NCBI GenBank assembly: GCA_051251855.1
Contig: JBPOGI010000001.1
Span: 512,001-576,000 of the forward strand
DNA from: Roseibacillus sp.
GTDB taxonomy: Bacteria; Verrucomicrobiota; Verrucomicrobiia; Verrucomicrobiales; Akkermansiaceae
Reading direction: 5' to 3'
DNA: 64,000 nt
In this document: positions 1 through 10,128 of the stretch, piece after piece
Position numbering within the stretch: the first letter of the stretch is position 1
How the letters are laid out: each line of letters starts with the position of its first letter
Position numbers and translations under genes: made by a program
Notes under the pieces: model-generated
What the model was told of the DNA's origin: nothing
Databases searched by the model: none
The model's input: only the letters and a program-made list of their open reading frames with translations

Positions 1-2
1 AG

Positions 3-2987
3 GTGGCGGCTGGTATCGCGGATGCGACCCAAGCTGAGATTCAGGCGAGGAGTCGTCTCTTACGTGATTATGAGACCACAGGGAATATGTTGATAGATAT
101 CGAGGAGAGGCTTTCAGAGCTTGAACTTCACCCTCATCATCGGGGGGGAGAAGAGCGGCGTTCCTTTCTGATGGAGCAACTGGAGTCAGCCAGGGAGGCG
201 CATCAACAAGGGCAGACTTACTACTACTCAAGAGCTCAGAACTTGAGTCAAGCTTTCGAAAGACTCCTGCAGTCGGACGAATTTGCAGCCGAAGATTACC
301 GGAGAAAAGTGGAACGAGCGGCCGTTAAGAAACGGCAGCGGGATGTCGCTTTGACTGCAGCGGGAGGCAGCACTGGGGGATTGCTTTTGCTTGGTGGCGT
401 CTACGGAAATCGTCGGCGCCGCAGTGCCAAGGAGAAAGCGGAAGCTCTCTTGAAGCAGCGGCGGGAAGAGATGAAGGAGGTGTCCAATGACTTAATGGAC
501 CTCATCGACTGGGCAGCGTTGGTGGTCGGACCCATGGACCAGTTGGAAGAGCGAGGCTATCAAGGAGAGACTTTGTTAGTCAGTCGGCGAGGACTGGCGG
601 CGGTGGACAGAGCATTTGTGATTTCCTCCCATGTCCAAGATTTGATTGAAAAGGGAGCGCATCTCATTGAACCCAAAAATCCCTTGGGAGGGGCGCGCAA
701 TTTGGTGAGTCAGGGGGCGTATCAGCAAGCGATTGAGTTATTAGATTCCGAAGTGCTTTGTCAGCCCGGCTCGCCTCCTCCGCTTCCGGATTCTGCCAGA
801 GCCCGGAAGTTAGAGCGGTTGGGCTCGTTAGATGAGGAAGACTTTTTGTTGGAGCTTCCTCATTGGCAGGCGCGGTTACAAGCGGCGTTGGCAGAAGGGA
901 AGGCAGCTTTGGGAGAGGTCGATCAAGCTTGGTCGACGATTGTTGAACGACGGGAGGGACTGCGGACTGCGATTGTTCAGCTCAAGCATTTGGAGGGGAA
1001 GATTGATGATTGGATGGCGGATGGGTGGCTGCAGTTGGATGCTCTCTTTACCCAATGGATTCCAAAGATGGAGCAGGAGCAGTTGGATGGGGCGGATTTA
1101 GCAAAGGGAGATCCGGTGGCGGCCTTGGACGGTCCAATCTTTGTCGGAGAACAGATGGCCGCTGAGGCGGGGGCATTAATTGCCGGGGTGGTGGGCTTTC
1201 GAGAGCAACGCTGGGAGCACGTTTTGGAACATGACCGGGGGCTTGAGAGGCTGGGGCGTCATACCGTCTGGTTGGAGCGAGAGATGGATCAGTTTACGCA
1301 AGAGGGTGAGGAGCTTTGTCTGGCAGGTTGCGAGAAGTCGGTGGCCAGTGGAGTGGAACTGCAGACGAGCGCGTTGATGGCATTTGCGGATCGAGTCGAG
1401 CAGTCCCTTTTGGAGGCGCGGCGTGCGGAAGAAGAGGTGAAGCCGGCTCTGGCGGCTGCAACGACCTTGGTTAGGCAAACTCGAGAATCCTTGGGGCGGC
1501 GACTGAAAGTCGAAAGTGATTTGGTATTGAAGGAGGACGAGGGGAGAAATCCTGATGAACATCTTGCGGAAGGCCGAGCACAGCGGGAGGCCGCCTTGGC
1601 AGCGATTGATAACGGAGAAGCCATTGCGGCGGAGGCTTTCTTGGATGAGTCCGAGCGATTGGTAGCGAGTGCGCGGGGCTTGGTTCAGGAGTCGGAGGAT
1701 GTTTTTGCAAAGTTCCCTCAGCGACATCGAGAACTTTCGACTTCTCATCAGCGAGCTGATGAGCATGGGACCACGGTTTCGGTCTTAGTGGATTCCTTAC
1801 GCAAGGATTACTCATCGAGTGCCTTGTTAGTCAATCTGGAAGAGGACACAGGAGCCAATTATGCCCATGCGCCTGTTCTCTTGAAAAAGGCTTCTGCAGA
1901 TGTGGTGGACTCTCTTGCGAAAGCTCAGAATGTTTTTGAAGAGGCTCAGCTTTTAGAGGCAAGAGCGCTCCTGAATAGGAGTGAGCAGGAAATTGTAAGC
2001 AGAGAAGAACTTTGTGTTGAGGTTGAGGCGAGAAAAGAGGAGCTCGTCCGCCTAGAGAAGGAGAGTTCTTTGCTGCTAGAGAAGCTGAAACGGGAGTGCG
2101 ACGATTTGGCAGAGCCCATTACTGACCGACGGGTGATGGCTGCCACGGTTGCGCTATTTGTGGAGGTCGAATCGCAAAGGGATGTTGCGATGGAAGCGAC
2201 GCTTGCCACGGGGACCGCTAATGACCCTTATCGAGCCGCAGCTTCACTTGCAGATTTGAGCGAGCGTTTGACAGTTGTGAGAGGGGAGGTTGCAAATGAC
2301 CTAGAGATTTACCAAAAGACAGTGCATTCCATGAAGCAAGCTCGGGCGGCTGAGGCGAAGGGGCTTGAATTGGTGAGGGCGGGCCAGAATGATGGGGTGA
2401 CGGATAGCAAGCGGCTGCAACGTGCGATGGGACATGTGGAAAAGGCCTCCCAGCAGCTGGCGGGGGTGAGTGTTACTTTGGAATCGAAACATGGCGACTG
2501 GCGGGAGGTTGGCAACGAGCTTGGGCTCATTCGCACCGAGTTGGGTGAGGCGAGTGTTGCCATTCGAGAGGAGTTAGAATTGGCTCGGGAAGCGATGACG
2601 CGTATTTCGCAAGCGGAGAGGCAATTGAGATCGGCTCAGAGTTGGCGGGGGCATTATGGGGTGCGTGTTGGTGGTTCGCCTGGACTGGATGCCATTGAGT
2701 CTGCAAGTGGAGCGATTCTTTCGGGAAACTATCACGATTGTATTCGCCATGCGGGTTTTGCAATTGCGGCTGCTCGGCGAGCAATTGCAGCAGCTGAAGC
2801 CGAGGAAGCAAGACGGAGACGCAATGCCGAGGCGGCTGAAAGGGCGCGGCGGGCAGCTGCTCGCCGGTCGCGCATGCGGTCGTCGACGAGGAGTTCATTT
2901 GGTTCGGGTTCGAGTTTTTCCTCGAGTTCTCGGGTGGGACGCAGCTCCTTTAGCTCCAGCTCTCGAGTGGGACGATCGGGATGGTGA
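3..2987 (+). CDS. Large membrane-anchored coiled-coil protein, 5'-truncated by the window; low-complexity Ser/Gly/Arg C-terminal tail (TPM-domain-protein-like architecture)
   Basis: 994-aa ORF open from the window edge. Hydrophobic segment VALTAAGGSTGGLLLLGGVYG followed by RRRR, then a long E/L/A/R helical region, ending SSFSSSSRVGRSGW. Confidence 0.7.
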   Translation: MAAGIADATQAEIQARSRLLRDYETTGNMLIDIEERLSELELHPHHRGGEERRSFLMEQLESAREAHQQGQTYYYSRAQNLSQAFERLLQSDEFAAEDYRRKVERAAVKKRQRDVALTAAGGSTGGLLLLGGVYGNRRRRSAKEKAEALLKQRREEMKEVSNDLMDLIDWAALVVGPMDQLEERGYQGETLLVSRRGLAAVDRAFVISSHVQDLIEKGAHLIEPKNPLGGARNLVSQGAYQQAIELLDSEVLCQPGSPPPLPDSARARKLERLGSLDEEDFLLELPHWQARLQAALAEGKAALGEVDQAWSTIVERREGLRTAIVQLKHLEGKIDDWMADGWLQLDALFTQWIPKMEQEQLDGADLAKGDPVAALDGPIFVGEQMAAEAGALIAGVVGFREQRWEHVLEHDRGLERLGRHTVWLEREMDQFTQEGEELCLAGCEKSVASGVELQTSALMAFADRVEQSLLEARRAEEEVKPALAAATTLVRQTRESLGRRLKVESDLVLKEDEGRNPDEHLAEGRAQREAALAAIDNGEAIAAEAFLDESERLVASARGLVQESEDVFAKFPQRHRELSTSHQRADEHGTTVSVLVDSLRKDYSSSALLVNLEEDTGANYAHAPVLLKKASADVVDSLAKAQNVFEEAQLLEARALLNRSEQEIVSREELCVEVEARKEELVRLEKESSLLLEKLKRECDDLAEPITDRRVMAATVALFVEVESQRDVAMEATLATGTANDPYRAAASLADLSERLTVVRGEVANDLEIYQKTVHSMKQARAAEAKGLELVRAGQNDGVTDSKRLQRAMGHVEKASQQLAGVSVTLESKHGDWREVGNELGLIRTELGEASVAIREELELAREAMTRISQAERQLRSAQSWRGHYGVRVGGSPGLDAIESASGAILSGNYHDCIRHAGFAIAAARRAIAAAEAEEARRRRNAEAAERARRAAARRSRMRSSTRSSFGSGSSFSSSSRVGRSSFSSSSRVGRSGW

Positions 2988-3072
2988 GGACCTTTTTGCT
3001 GAAGTCGACTCTCCTATCCCAGAGGGAGCTTTCGAGCTTGCGAAGAGTTTGAAATAGGGGAGAATATCGAGT

Positions 3073-3399
3073 GTGAAGGAAATTTTTAGAAGTGGTCATC
3101 TGGGTAAAGTAGGGCTTCTGGCTGACCGCTTGAGGGCGGAAGGGGTGGAGGTCTTTGTGAGGAATGAGAATCTGTCTGTGACTGAAATGCAGATTCCTGA
3201 ATTTTTCCCGGCCATTTGTGTGATGAATCAGGAGGATGAGGAGACTGCGTTGAAGCTCCTGCGTGTATTTTTGGCGGAGGAAAAGCGTCCGCTGGGGCCA
3301 GAGTGGAAGTGTGATGAGTGTGGCGAGGGAGTGCCGGATTCGATGCAAGAGTGTTGGTCTTGTCAGGCTGCTCGACCCGCGGTGGCGGTGGGAGAGTGA
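3073..3399 (+). CDS. DUF2007-like small protein with a C-terminal RanBP2-type zinc ribbon
   Basis: LRAEGVEVFVRNE segment typical of DUF2007; WKCDEC...ECWSC zinc finger. Confidence 0.75.
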   Translation: MKEIFRSGHLGKVGLLADRLRAEGVEVFVRNENLSVTEMQIPEFFPAICVMNQEDEETALKLLRVFLAEEKRPLGPEWKCDECGEGVPDSMQECWSCQAARPAVAVGE

Positions 3400-3448
3400 T
3401 TATGAGGCTGGGCCTTTCTTTTTGGGAAAGGAAACCTAGACTGTCGCT

Positions 3449-3700
3449 ATGGAGTTTGCGGAAATCGATCAGGAGCAGTGGCGGATGCTCTACGAGGATC
3501 TCTGCGTCTATCGAATGCCGTTCGGGAAATACAAGGGGCGCTTGTTGGTGGCGTTGCCGGATGAGTATTTGATGTGGTTTAAGGATAAGGGATTCCCGAC
3601 GGGGCGTCTCGGTGAGCTGATGGTTTTTGTTTACGAGGTGAAGATGGCGGGGGCTGAAGAGGTCTTTGATCCGATTCGGCGCGCCGAGCAAAGGAAGTAA
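3449..3700 (+). CDS. DUF3820 family protein
   Basis: MPFGKYKGRLLVALPDEYLMWF..KGFP.G.LG signature. Confidence 0.85.
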   Translation: MEFAEIDQEQWRMLYEDLCVYRMPFGKYKGRLLVALPDEYLMWFKDKGFPTGRLGELMVFVYEVKMAGAEEVFDPIRRAEQRK

Positions 3701-3701
3701 G

Positions 3702-4337
3702 ATGATGGAGAGGGTTGTGGTGCCAGAGATTCTCGATGAGCTAGAGGGAAGGGACCCTCGGGCGGTGAGGAGTCGGCGAGATTTGAGGCTGATCAATGCC
3801 TTGATGGGGAACGAGCGCTGGATTGCAGGTGAGTTGGGGAAGCTGGAGGGGCTTCGGACTGTGACCGAAATGGGGGCGGGGCGCGGGGAGTTGGTGAATC
3901 GTTTGGCTGGGAAGGGGTGGACGGCAACAGGGTATGATTTGCAACCGAAGCCGGAGAGTCTGGTGAAGGGCGCGCAGTGGCGAGAGGGCGATTTTTTCCA
4001 GAGTCTTGGGGAAGACGGGGCGGATGCGGTGGTGGGGAGTTTGATTTTGCACCACTTTCAAGATTCTGAGCTTAAGGTTCTTGGAGAGTTGCTGAAGGCG
4101 AAGAAGGTTCTTCTTTTCGCGGAGCCTTTGCGGTGCCGCTTAGCGTTGTGGGAGGGATGGTCTCTCTTTCCTTTTGTGAATGGGGTGACTCGGCACGATA
4201 TGATGGTGAGTATTCGGGCGGGATTCGTGCCGGGAGAGCTTCCTCAGAAATTGGGCTTGGTCGAAGGTTGGCACTGGCGGGAGGAACGGACCTTACTGGG
4301 CGGGCTGCGCTCGGTTGCGATTCGCGAAACTCTTTGA
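3702..4337 (+). CDS. Class I SAM-dependent methyltransferase (type III PKS-associated)
   Basis: Motif I EMGAGRG, GYD and SLILHHF; N-terminal PEILD...RRDLRLINALMG. ATG at 3702 directly follows the upstream stop. Confidence 0.8.
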   Translation: MMERVVVPEILDELEGRDPRAVRSRRDLRLINALMGNERWIAGELGKLEGLRTVTEMGAGRGELVNRLAGKGWTATGYDLQPKPESLVKGAQWREGDFFQSLGEDGADAVVGSLILHHFQDSELKVLGELLKAKKVLLFAEPLRCRLALWEGWSLFPFVNGVTRHDMMVSIRAGFVPGELPQKLGLVEGWHWREERTLLGGLRSVAIRETL

Positions 4338-4365
4338 CGCAAAATTGTTAGGGTGCACCTTGAGG

Positions 4366-5394
4366 ATGAATTTGAAGTCGAAGTCCATCGAAATTGTGGG
4401 AGGGGGTATCGCAGGGTTGTCTCTTGCTGTGGGCCTTCAGAATAAAGGGGTGCCCGTGTTACTCCATGAGGCAGGGAGTTATCCTCGCCACCGTTTGTGC
4501 GGGGAGTTTGTGAATGGGGTGTCGGATGAGACTTTGGCTGCGCTCGGGTTGGGTTCGCTCATGGAGGGGGCGGAGGTGCATGAGGAGATGACGTGGTGGT
4601 TGAGGGAGGAGCAGATTGCGCGAGCGACTCTGGCGAAGCCGGTGCCTGCGCTTTCGCGGTGGGAGATGGATAGACGGATGAGCTCTCTTTTTCAGGAACT
4701 GGGCGGCGAGCTTCGCTGCCGGTCGCGGGAGGCTTGTCAACCTCGTGAGGGGCTTGTGTGGGCGGCAGGGAGGAAAATTCAGAAGAAGAGCGAGTGGCTG
4801 GGGTTGAAGGCGCATTTTATAGGTTTGAAGACTTGTTCGGGGCTTGAAATGCATTTGGGCGACGAGGGTTATGTGGGGCTGACTCCGGTGGAGGAGGGGC
4901 GGGTGAATGTTTGTGGGTTGTTTCGGCGGCGTGAGGGTTTGCAGGGGAGAGGGAGTGAACGCTTTTTGGCGCAGCTGAAGGCCTGTGGCTTGGGAGAGTT
5001 GGTCGCGCGATTGAGGGAGTCGAAGGCGGATGAGGCTTCGGTGACTGGGGTTTCGGGCATTGGTTTTGGGGCGCAGGGGCATCCGAGCGAGCTCTTGGCG
5101 GTGGGGGATGCGGAAAGAATGATTCCTCCCTTCACGGGAAACGGAATGTCGATGGCTTTTGAGGCGGCGGAAAGTGCTTTGGAGCCGCTCTGTCACTATG
5201 CGGGCGGTGATGCTGGTTGGGCTACGACGCGGGAACTGGTTCAGTCGCGCTTGGAATCCCGCTTTCGGCGTCGGATCGCTCTCGCCAAGGGGATGCATGG
5301 CTTCATACTCAAATCTCCCGCGCAAGAAGCTTTGGCGGCCATTGCCAAACCGGGCTTGCTGCCGTTCTCTTTTCTCACCCGACTCCTTACATGA
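4366..5394 (+). CDS. FAD-dependent oxidoreductase/monooxygenase (geranylgeranyl-reductase-like)
   Basis: IVGGGIAG Rossmann motif, PRHRLCGE, and AVGDA..MIPPFTGNGMSMA. Confidence 0.85.
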   Translation: MNLKSKSIEIVGGGIAGLSLAVGLQNKGVPVLLHEAGSYPRHRLCGEFVNGVSDETLAALGLGSLMEGAEVHEEMTWWLREEQIARATLAKPVPALSRWEMDRRMSSLFQELGGELRCRSREACQPREGLVWAAGRKIQKKSEWLGLKAHFIGLKTCSGLEMHLGDEGYVGLTPVEEGRVNVCGLFRRREGLQGRGSERFLAQLKACGLGELVARLRESKADEASVTGVSGIGFGAQGHPSELLAVGDAERMIPPFTGNGMSMAFEAAESALEPLCHYAGGDAGWATTRELVQSRLESRFRRRIALAKGMHGFILKSPAQEALAAIAKPGLLPFSFLTRLLT

Positions 5395-6428
5395 TGTTTT
5401 TACAATCGGTCGCTAAGGCCACCCCCGCCCATACCTACAAACAAGCTGATGTTTGGAACCGAATTCGACATGCTTCTCAGGTGGAAGAGTTGCAGCCGAG
5501 GTCACGGGCTTTGTTAGAGAAAGTGCTTTGTGGTGATTCGGGAATCGCACAGCGCTCGTTTGTGTTGCCTGACCCGCTGGCGCTTTTCGATATGGGGGCG
5601 GAGGAGTTGAACAATCATTATGAGAGAGAAGCTCCCAAATTAGGGGTGGCGAGTTTGAAGAAAGCTTTGGAGGATGCGGGAGTTTTGGCAGGTGAGTTAG
5701 ATGCTCTTTTTGTGTGCTCGTGCACGGGTTATCTTTGTCCGGGGTTGTCGAGCTATCTGGCGGAGCAGTCAGGAATGCGGAGTGATGCTTTTTTGCAGGA
5801 TGTGAATGGATTTGGTTGTGGGGCAGCGATTCCGATGTGGCGGGCGGCGCAGGGTTTTTTGGCCACGAATCCGAAAGCGGTGGTGGCGACCGTGGCAGTG
5901 GAGGCCTGCTCGCTCGCTTTTTTTATCAATAATGAGCCGGGAGTATTGATTAGTGCGGCCTTGTTCGGAGATGGTTCTGCCGCGGCGGTGTGGAATGGTC
6001 AGGAGAGGGCCAAGGAGGGGCAATGGCAGGCGAGCCACTTCGTGACGCATCATGTTCCGGCTGAACGGGAGAAGATTCGTTTTGTGAACAGTGGCGGATT
6101 TTTGAAGAATCAATTGCATCGCTCGGTTCCGGGGCTGGCAGGAGAGGCTGTTCAGCGTCTGTGGGAACAGAGAACGCAAGAGCCTGATGCGATTTTGTCG
6201 CACTCGGGGGGGCGCGAGGTGGTGGAAGTGGTGGAGAAGGTTGTGGGAAGAGCCTTACCTGAGACCCGGGCCGTGATGGAGCGTTTTGGCAATTGCAGTA
6301 GCCCGAGCGTGATGATGGCGCTAGATGATTGGAAGAAAAGAGAGACGGGAGAGGCTGAAAGGCTGTGGTTGACGGCGTTTGGCGCGGGTTTTTCGGCCCA
6401 TGCTTGTGAGTTGTCACGGACTGTTTGA
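5391..6428 (+). CDS. Type III polyketide synthase (chalcone/stilbene synthase family)
   Basis: Cys-His-Asn triad GFGC / HSGG / FGNCSS, plus ALFGDG and AFGAGFS. ATGA overlap with the upstream stop. Confidence 0.9.
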   Translation: MMFLQSVAKATPAHTYKQADVWNRIRHASQVEELQPRSRALLEKVLCGDSGIAQRSFVLPDPLALFDMGAEELNNHYEREAPKLGVASLKKALEDAGVLAGELDALFVCSCTGYLCPGLSSYLAEQSGMRSDAFLQDVNGFGCGAAIPMWRAAQGFLATNPKAVVATVAVEACSLAFFINNEPGVLISAALFGDGSAAAVWNGQERAKEGQWQASHFVTHHVPAEREKIRFVNSGGFLKNQLHRSVPGLAGEAVQRLWEQRTQEPDAILSHSGGREVVEVVEKVVGRALPETRAVMERFGNCSSPSVMMALDDWKKRETGEAERLWLTAFGAGFSAHACELSRTV

Positions 6429-6452
6429 AGGACGCCCTTAACTCTTTGCCCC

Positions 6453-8285
6453 ATGAGTGATTTAGGGCATCCTCTGCCGCGAAGAATGGCCGATATTGCA
6501 GTATGCTCTGAATGCGCAGGAGAAATGGACGTCACTGCGGCGTCTCCATTCAATCGGGTGGCGTGCCCCGGCTGTGGAGCCGAAGTGCGGGTAAAGGTGG
6601 ATTTCGGCAATTATCTTCTTCAAAAGCGCTTGGCCTTTGGGGGGATGAGCATTGTGTTTGTGGCTGTCGATCAGACGCTCGGTCGAGAGGTGGCTCTCAA
6701 GGTTCTCAATGAGGAGTATTCCAGTGATGAGTTCCGGACGGCTCAGTTCGAGAAGGAGGCTGAGCTGACGGCCTTGGTAAGTCATCCCAATGTGGTGCGT
6801 GTTTATTCGGTAGGCAGGGCTTTCGAGCGTTTCTATATCGCAATGGAGCTGATTTCTGGGGACAGCCTGGAGAAGCTTCTCGAAACGGGAAAGGGTCTGC
6901 CAGAGCGCGAAGTGCTTGAGATTGCGCTACAGGTGACGGCGGGGTTGAAGGAGGCGAAGGCTTCAGGGTTGATTCATCGTGATATCAAGCCTGGGAATAT
7001 TTTGGTGGATAGCGAGGGGGGCGCGAAGATTGTCGATTTCGGGCTTTCGCTCGTGACGCAGTCGGGATCGGCCCGTGCGGAAGAGATTTTTGCAACGCCT
7101 TACTATGCTCCTCCGGAAGCTTTGGAGGCGGGAGTAGAAGATTTCAGGAGTGATATCTATGCTTTGGGGGCTTCGCTCTACCATGCCTTGGCTGGTAAGC
7201 CACCGATTGAGACCAAGTCTACCAATACGAAGACTCTGCTAGAGGCAAAATTGAAGGCGCCGCCGTTGCACAAAGTGGCTCCTCAGGTGAGCCAATCGAC
7301 GGCTGATGCGGTGACTGCAATGATGGCCTTCCAAAAAGAGGCGCGGCCGTCGAGTTACGATGTGGTGAAGACTTCTTTGGAGAGGGCTCTCAATGGAGAA
7401 GATCAGCTCAGTCGAACTTCCAAAAGTAGTCGCACAGAGCGGAGTAAGTCTTCGGGGCTCACTTGGGTGGTGGTGCCTGTCCTTTTGGCGTTGGTCATCG
7501 TTGCTTTGTTTGCCCTTAAGAATCGAGGAGATGGCAAGGAGGAGGACGAATTGACTCCACCGAAGCCTCCGGTGGTGAAAAGAGGTGATGACGAGGGCTT
7601 GAAGATTTCGCGAATTTACCAAAGAGGCCGCGAAGCGCTCGCAGAAGGACGTTTTAACGAAGCAGAATTGAACTTTCTTAAGCTCTACCGGCAGCGAGAG
7701 GTTCCGGAGCCTACCGGGACTTGGTCGGGGTTTGAGGCGGGAATGAGTGCTTTGTTAGATGGTCGGGGAGGTGATACGCGCAGTAACTACGAGAAGCTTC
7801 ACGACCGAGTGGTGTCGGCGGGATTAGACCCAGAAACTCAAGTTGTATTTGAGGATGTGTTGAAAGCTTGGAACGATTTTGAGCCTTCTAAATTACCATC
7901 GGAGTGTTCCAGTGCTCCTGAGATTGCGATGCTCGAGTTTGCGCAAGCCCTCAAGAATTGGGAGCTGGGAGAGCGGGATGTGGTTCCGTTCTTGGACTCT
8001 TTTGTTGCGATGGAGTTTAAGGAACGAAAAGAATGGGTGGAAACTTATCAGGCGTGGGCCGCTAAGTTGGCGGCAGATGCTCAGCGATTGAGCGAAGCGG
8101 AACCGGATTGGGAGCGGGTGTGGTCGAGTAGCGAGATTGAGGCGGAGCTCAAGAAGCTGGAGTCCTTGTCAAAGTCATTAGAGACGACAGGGCGGGCGCA
8201 AATGATGGCTGCTAGTTGGAAGGATTGGTTCAAAGGCTTAGAAGCTCGGCGTGAAAAGCGGCCATGGGAAAGTAGAGAAGAGTAA
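6453..8285 (+). CDS. Hanks-type Ser/Thr protein kinase with N-terminal zinc ribbon, one TM helix and an extracytoplasmic helical domain
   Basis: CSEC...[54 protein letters not shown]. Confidence 0.92.
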   Translation: MSDLGHPLPRRMADIAVCSECAGEMDVTAASPFNRVACPGCGAEVRVKVDFGNYLLQKRLAFGGMSIVFVAVDQTLGREVALKVLNEEYSSDEFRTAQFEKEAELTALVSHPNVVRVYSVGRAFERFYIAMELISGDSLEKLLETGKGLPEREVLEIALQVTAGLKEAKASGLIHRDIKPGNILVDSEGGAKIVDFGLSLVTQSGSARAEEIFATPYYAPPEALEAGVEDFRSDIYALGASLYHALAGKPPIETKSTNTKTLLEAKLKAPPLHKVAPQVSQSTADAVTAMMAFQKEARPSSYDVVKTSLERALNGEDQLSRTSKSSRTERSKSSGLTWVVVPVLLALVIVALFALKNRGDGKEEDELTPPKPPVVKRGDDEGLKISRIYQRGREALAEGRFNEAELNFLKLYRQREVPEPTGTWSGFEAGMSALLDGRGGDTRSNYEKLHDRVVSAGLDPETQVVFEDVLKAWNDFEPSKLPSECSSAPEIAMLEFAQALKNWELGERDVVPFLDSFVAMEFKERKEWVETYQAWAAKLAADAQRLSEAEPDWERVWSSSEIEAELKKLESLSKSLETTGRAQMMAASWKDWFKGLEARREKRPWESREE

Positions 8286-8749
8286 TGGCGGAAGTGAAAA
8301 TTTTTACTGATGGTGCCTGTCGGGGGAACCCTGGGCGAGGTGGTTATGGAACCATTTTGAAGAGCGGTAGCTTTGAGAAGGAACTGAGTCAGGGATATCG
8401 CCTGACGACGAACAATCGAATGGAGTTAAGAGCGGCGATGGCTGGCCTAGCTGCGTTGACCAAGCCCTGTCAGGTTGCGATTTATTCTGACTCTAAGTAT
8501 GTGGTAGATGCCAACAATCAGAAATGGATTGAGGGTTGGAAAAAAAAGGGGTGGAAGCGAGGGAAAGGGGAGAAACTCGCGAATGTGGATCTTTGGCAAG
8601 AGTTAGACCAATTGCGTTCCAAGCATCAGGTGACTTGGCACTGGGTAAAAGGTCACGCGGGTCATGCGGAGAATGAGCGCTGTGACGAATTGGCTACGGA
8701 GGCGGCGGACGGAGAGGGATTGATTGAGGACTTTGGATTTGACGGTTAG
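8285..8749 (+). CDS. rnhA: Ribonuclease HI
   Basis: [43 protein letters not shown]. Confidence 0.97.
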   Translation: MAEVKIFTDGACRGNPGRGGYGTILKSGSFEKELSQGYRLTTNNRMELRAAMAGLAALTKPCQVAIYSDSKYVVDANNQKWIEGWKKKGWKRGKGEKLANVDLWQELDQLRSKHQVTWHWVKGHAGHAENERCDELATEAADGEGLIEDFGFDG

Positions 8750-8847
8750 TGTTCGAAGTCAGTTACGGGGGCGCTGGTTTTCAATCGATCGTCAGAGCCA
8801 GCAAGATCAGGAGCGTAGAGTTGAGTCCGTCGGACCGACCGATGGTG

Positions 8848-9118
8848 GACGACTGAAGTCGAATGGCGCTGGGATAGGCGAAAAATCGGGAGCTTACAAA
8901 AGCAGTGGCCGCAGGCCTGGGAGAGTGGTTTTCTAAGCCGCTGGGGTGCAGGAGGACGGACGAATCACCACAGAAACAGCGGATTCGGGAACGAACAGGC
9001 CTACCCTTAACATTCTCTGTTGTAGGGTGGCGGCTTGGAAAGACCACGCTCCCATTTCCTTGCCCCCGACACTACAAGGTGGCTTAACACAGTGCCATTC
9101 GACTGAAGTCGACCCTCC
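8848..9118. repeat. Nested imperfect inverted repeats (REP/REPIN-like) between convergent genes
   Basis: Outer arms 8848-8871 GACGACTGAAGTCGAATGGCGCTG / 9090-9113 CAGTGCCATTCGACTGAAGTCGAC. Inner arms 8918-8941 TGGGAGAGTGGTTTTCTAAGCCGC / 9030-9054 GCGGCTTGGAAAGACCACGCTCCCA. Confidence 0.75.
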
Positions 9119-9141
9119 CGTTCGGCGAGTTAGTGGCAGCT

Positions 9142-10122
9142 TTAGTCCTTCGAAGACTTGGGGTCGAGGGCGTCGCGGAGTCCGTCACCGAGAAAGTTGA
9201 AGGCGAAGAGGGTGACTGAGAAGAGCAGGGCAGGAATGGCGAGAATGATGGGGTAGGTTTCGAGGAAATTAGCGCCTTCCTTGATGAGAATTCCCCAGGA
9301 GGAGTTGGGGGGCTCGATGCCGAGTCCGATGAAGGAGAGGGTGGCTTCATAGAGGATGAAGCTGGGGATGGTGAGGGTGGCGTAGATGATAACGGGTCCC
9401 AGCATGTTGGGGAGAATGTGGCGGAAGAGAATACGATGGTGGGGGAGGCCGAGAGAGCGGGCGGCTTCGACGAATTCCTGTCGGCGCAGTGAGGCGGCTG
9501 CGGTGCGAACGATACGTCCCATGGTGAGCCAACCGAAAGCGGCGATGGCAAGAACAAGGGGAGCAAGATTGGAGAAGCGGAGAACGAGGTCGGGGCTCAT
9601 GTTCCAATTCGCGACCAACCATTCGGCGACGAGGTCGGTGCGGGCAGCAATGAGTTCTCGGAAGAGAATAACGATGATGAGGAAAGGCATCGCGAGAAGG
9701 CCGTCCACGATACGCATCATGATGGCTTCTGTTTTGCCTCCCACGTAGCCTGCAATGCCGCCGTAGACGATGCCGAAGCTGACGGTTAGAAGAGTAGAGA
9801 GGATGGCGACGAGGAGAGAAATTTGACCGCCCTCAAGAACACGCATGAGGACATCGCGTCCGAGTTGGTCGGTGCCGAGGACACTGCCGTCGCCTGGTTT
9901 TGCAAATTGGTTAGAGAGGTCTTGCGCATTGGCATCCAATCCGGTGAAACCGAGGATGGGAGTGACGATGAAGCAGGCAAAGAGAATGAGAATGACCACA
10001 ATGCCTCCGAGCATCGCGAGTTTGTTCTTTTTGAGCCGAGTGAAGGCGTCGGACCAGAGGCTGCTGCCTTTTTCGGTCGCTGAGACGGAACTCGGAGTGT
10101 CGATGGAAGCGGTCGTGGACAT
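9142..10122 (-). CDS. oppC: Oligopeptide/dipeptide ABC transporter permease (OppC-like)
   Basis: SLWSDAFTRLKKNKLA, LGTDQLGRD, EAA loop EFVEAARSLG, FNFLGDGLRDALDP. Confidence 0.9.
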   Translation of the reverse strand: MSTTASIDTPSSVSATEKGSSLWSDAFTRLKKNKLAMLGGIVVILILFACFIVTPILGFTGLDANAQDLSNQFAKPGDGSVLGTDQLGRDVLMRVLEGGQISLLVAILSTLLTVSFGIVYGGIAGYVGGKTEAIMMRIVDGLLAMPFLIIVILFRELIAARTDLVAEWLVANWNMSPDLVLRFSNLAPLVLAIAAFGWLTMGRIVRTAAASLRRQEFVEAARSLGLPHHRILFRHILPNMLGPVIIYATLTIPSFILYEATLSFIGLGIEPPNSSWGILIKEGANFLETYPIILAIPALLFSVTLFAFNFLGDGLRDALDPKSSKD

Positions 10123-10128
10123 GGTCAA

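Noticed and set aside
8750..9141. RNase P RNA, tmRNA or SRP RNA in the structured rnhA-oppC gap (CCACAGAAA resembles an RNase P segment)
   Set aside because: I found no GAGGAAAGUCC or terminal P4 motif, no tRNA-like ends and no tag ORF on either strand. The structure is explained by inverted repeats.
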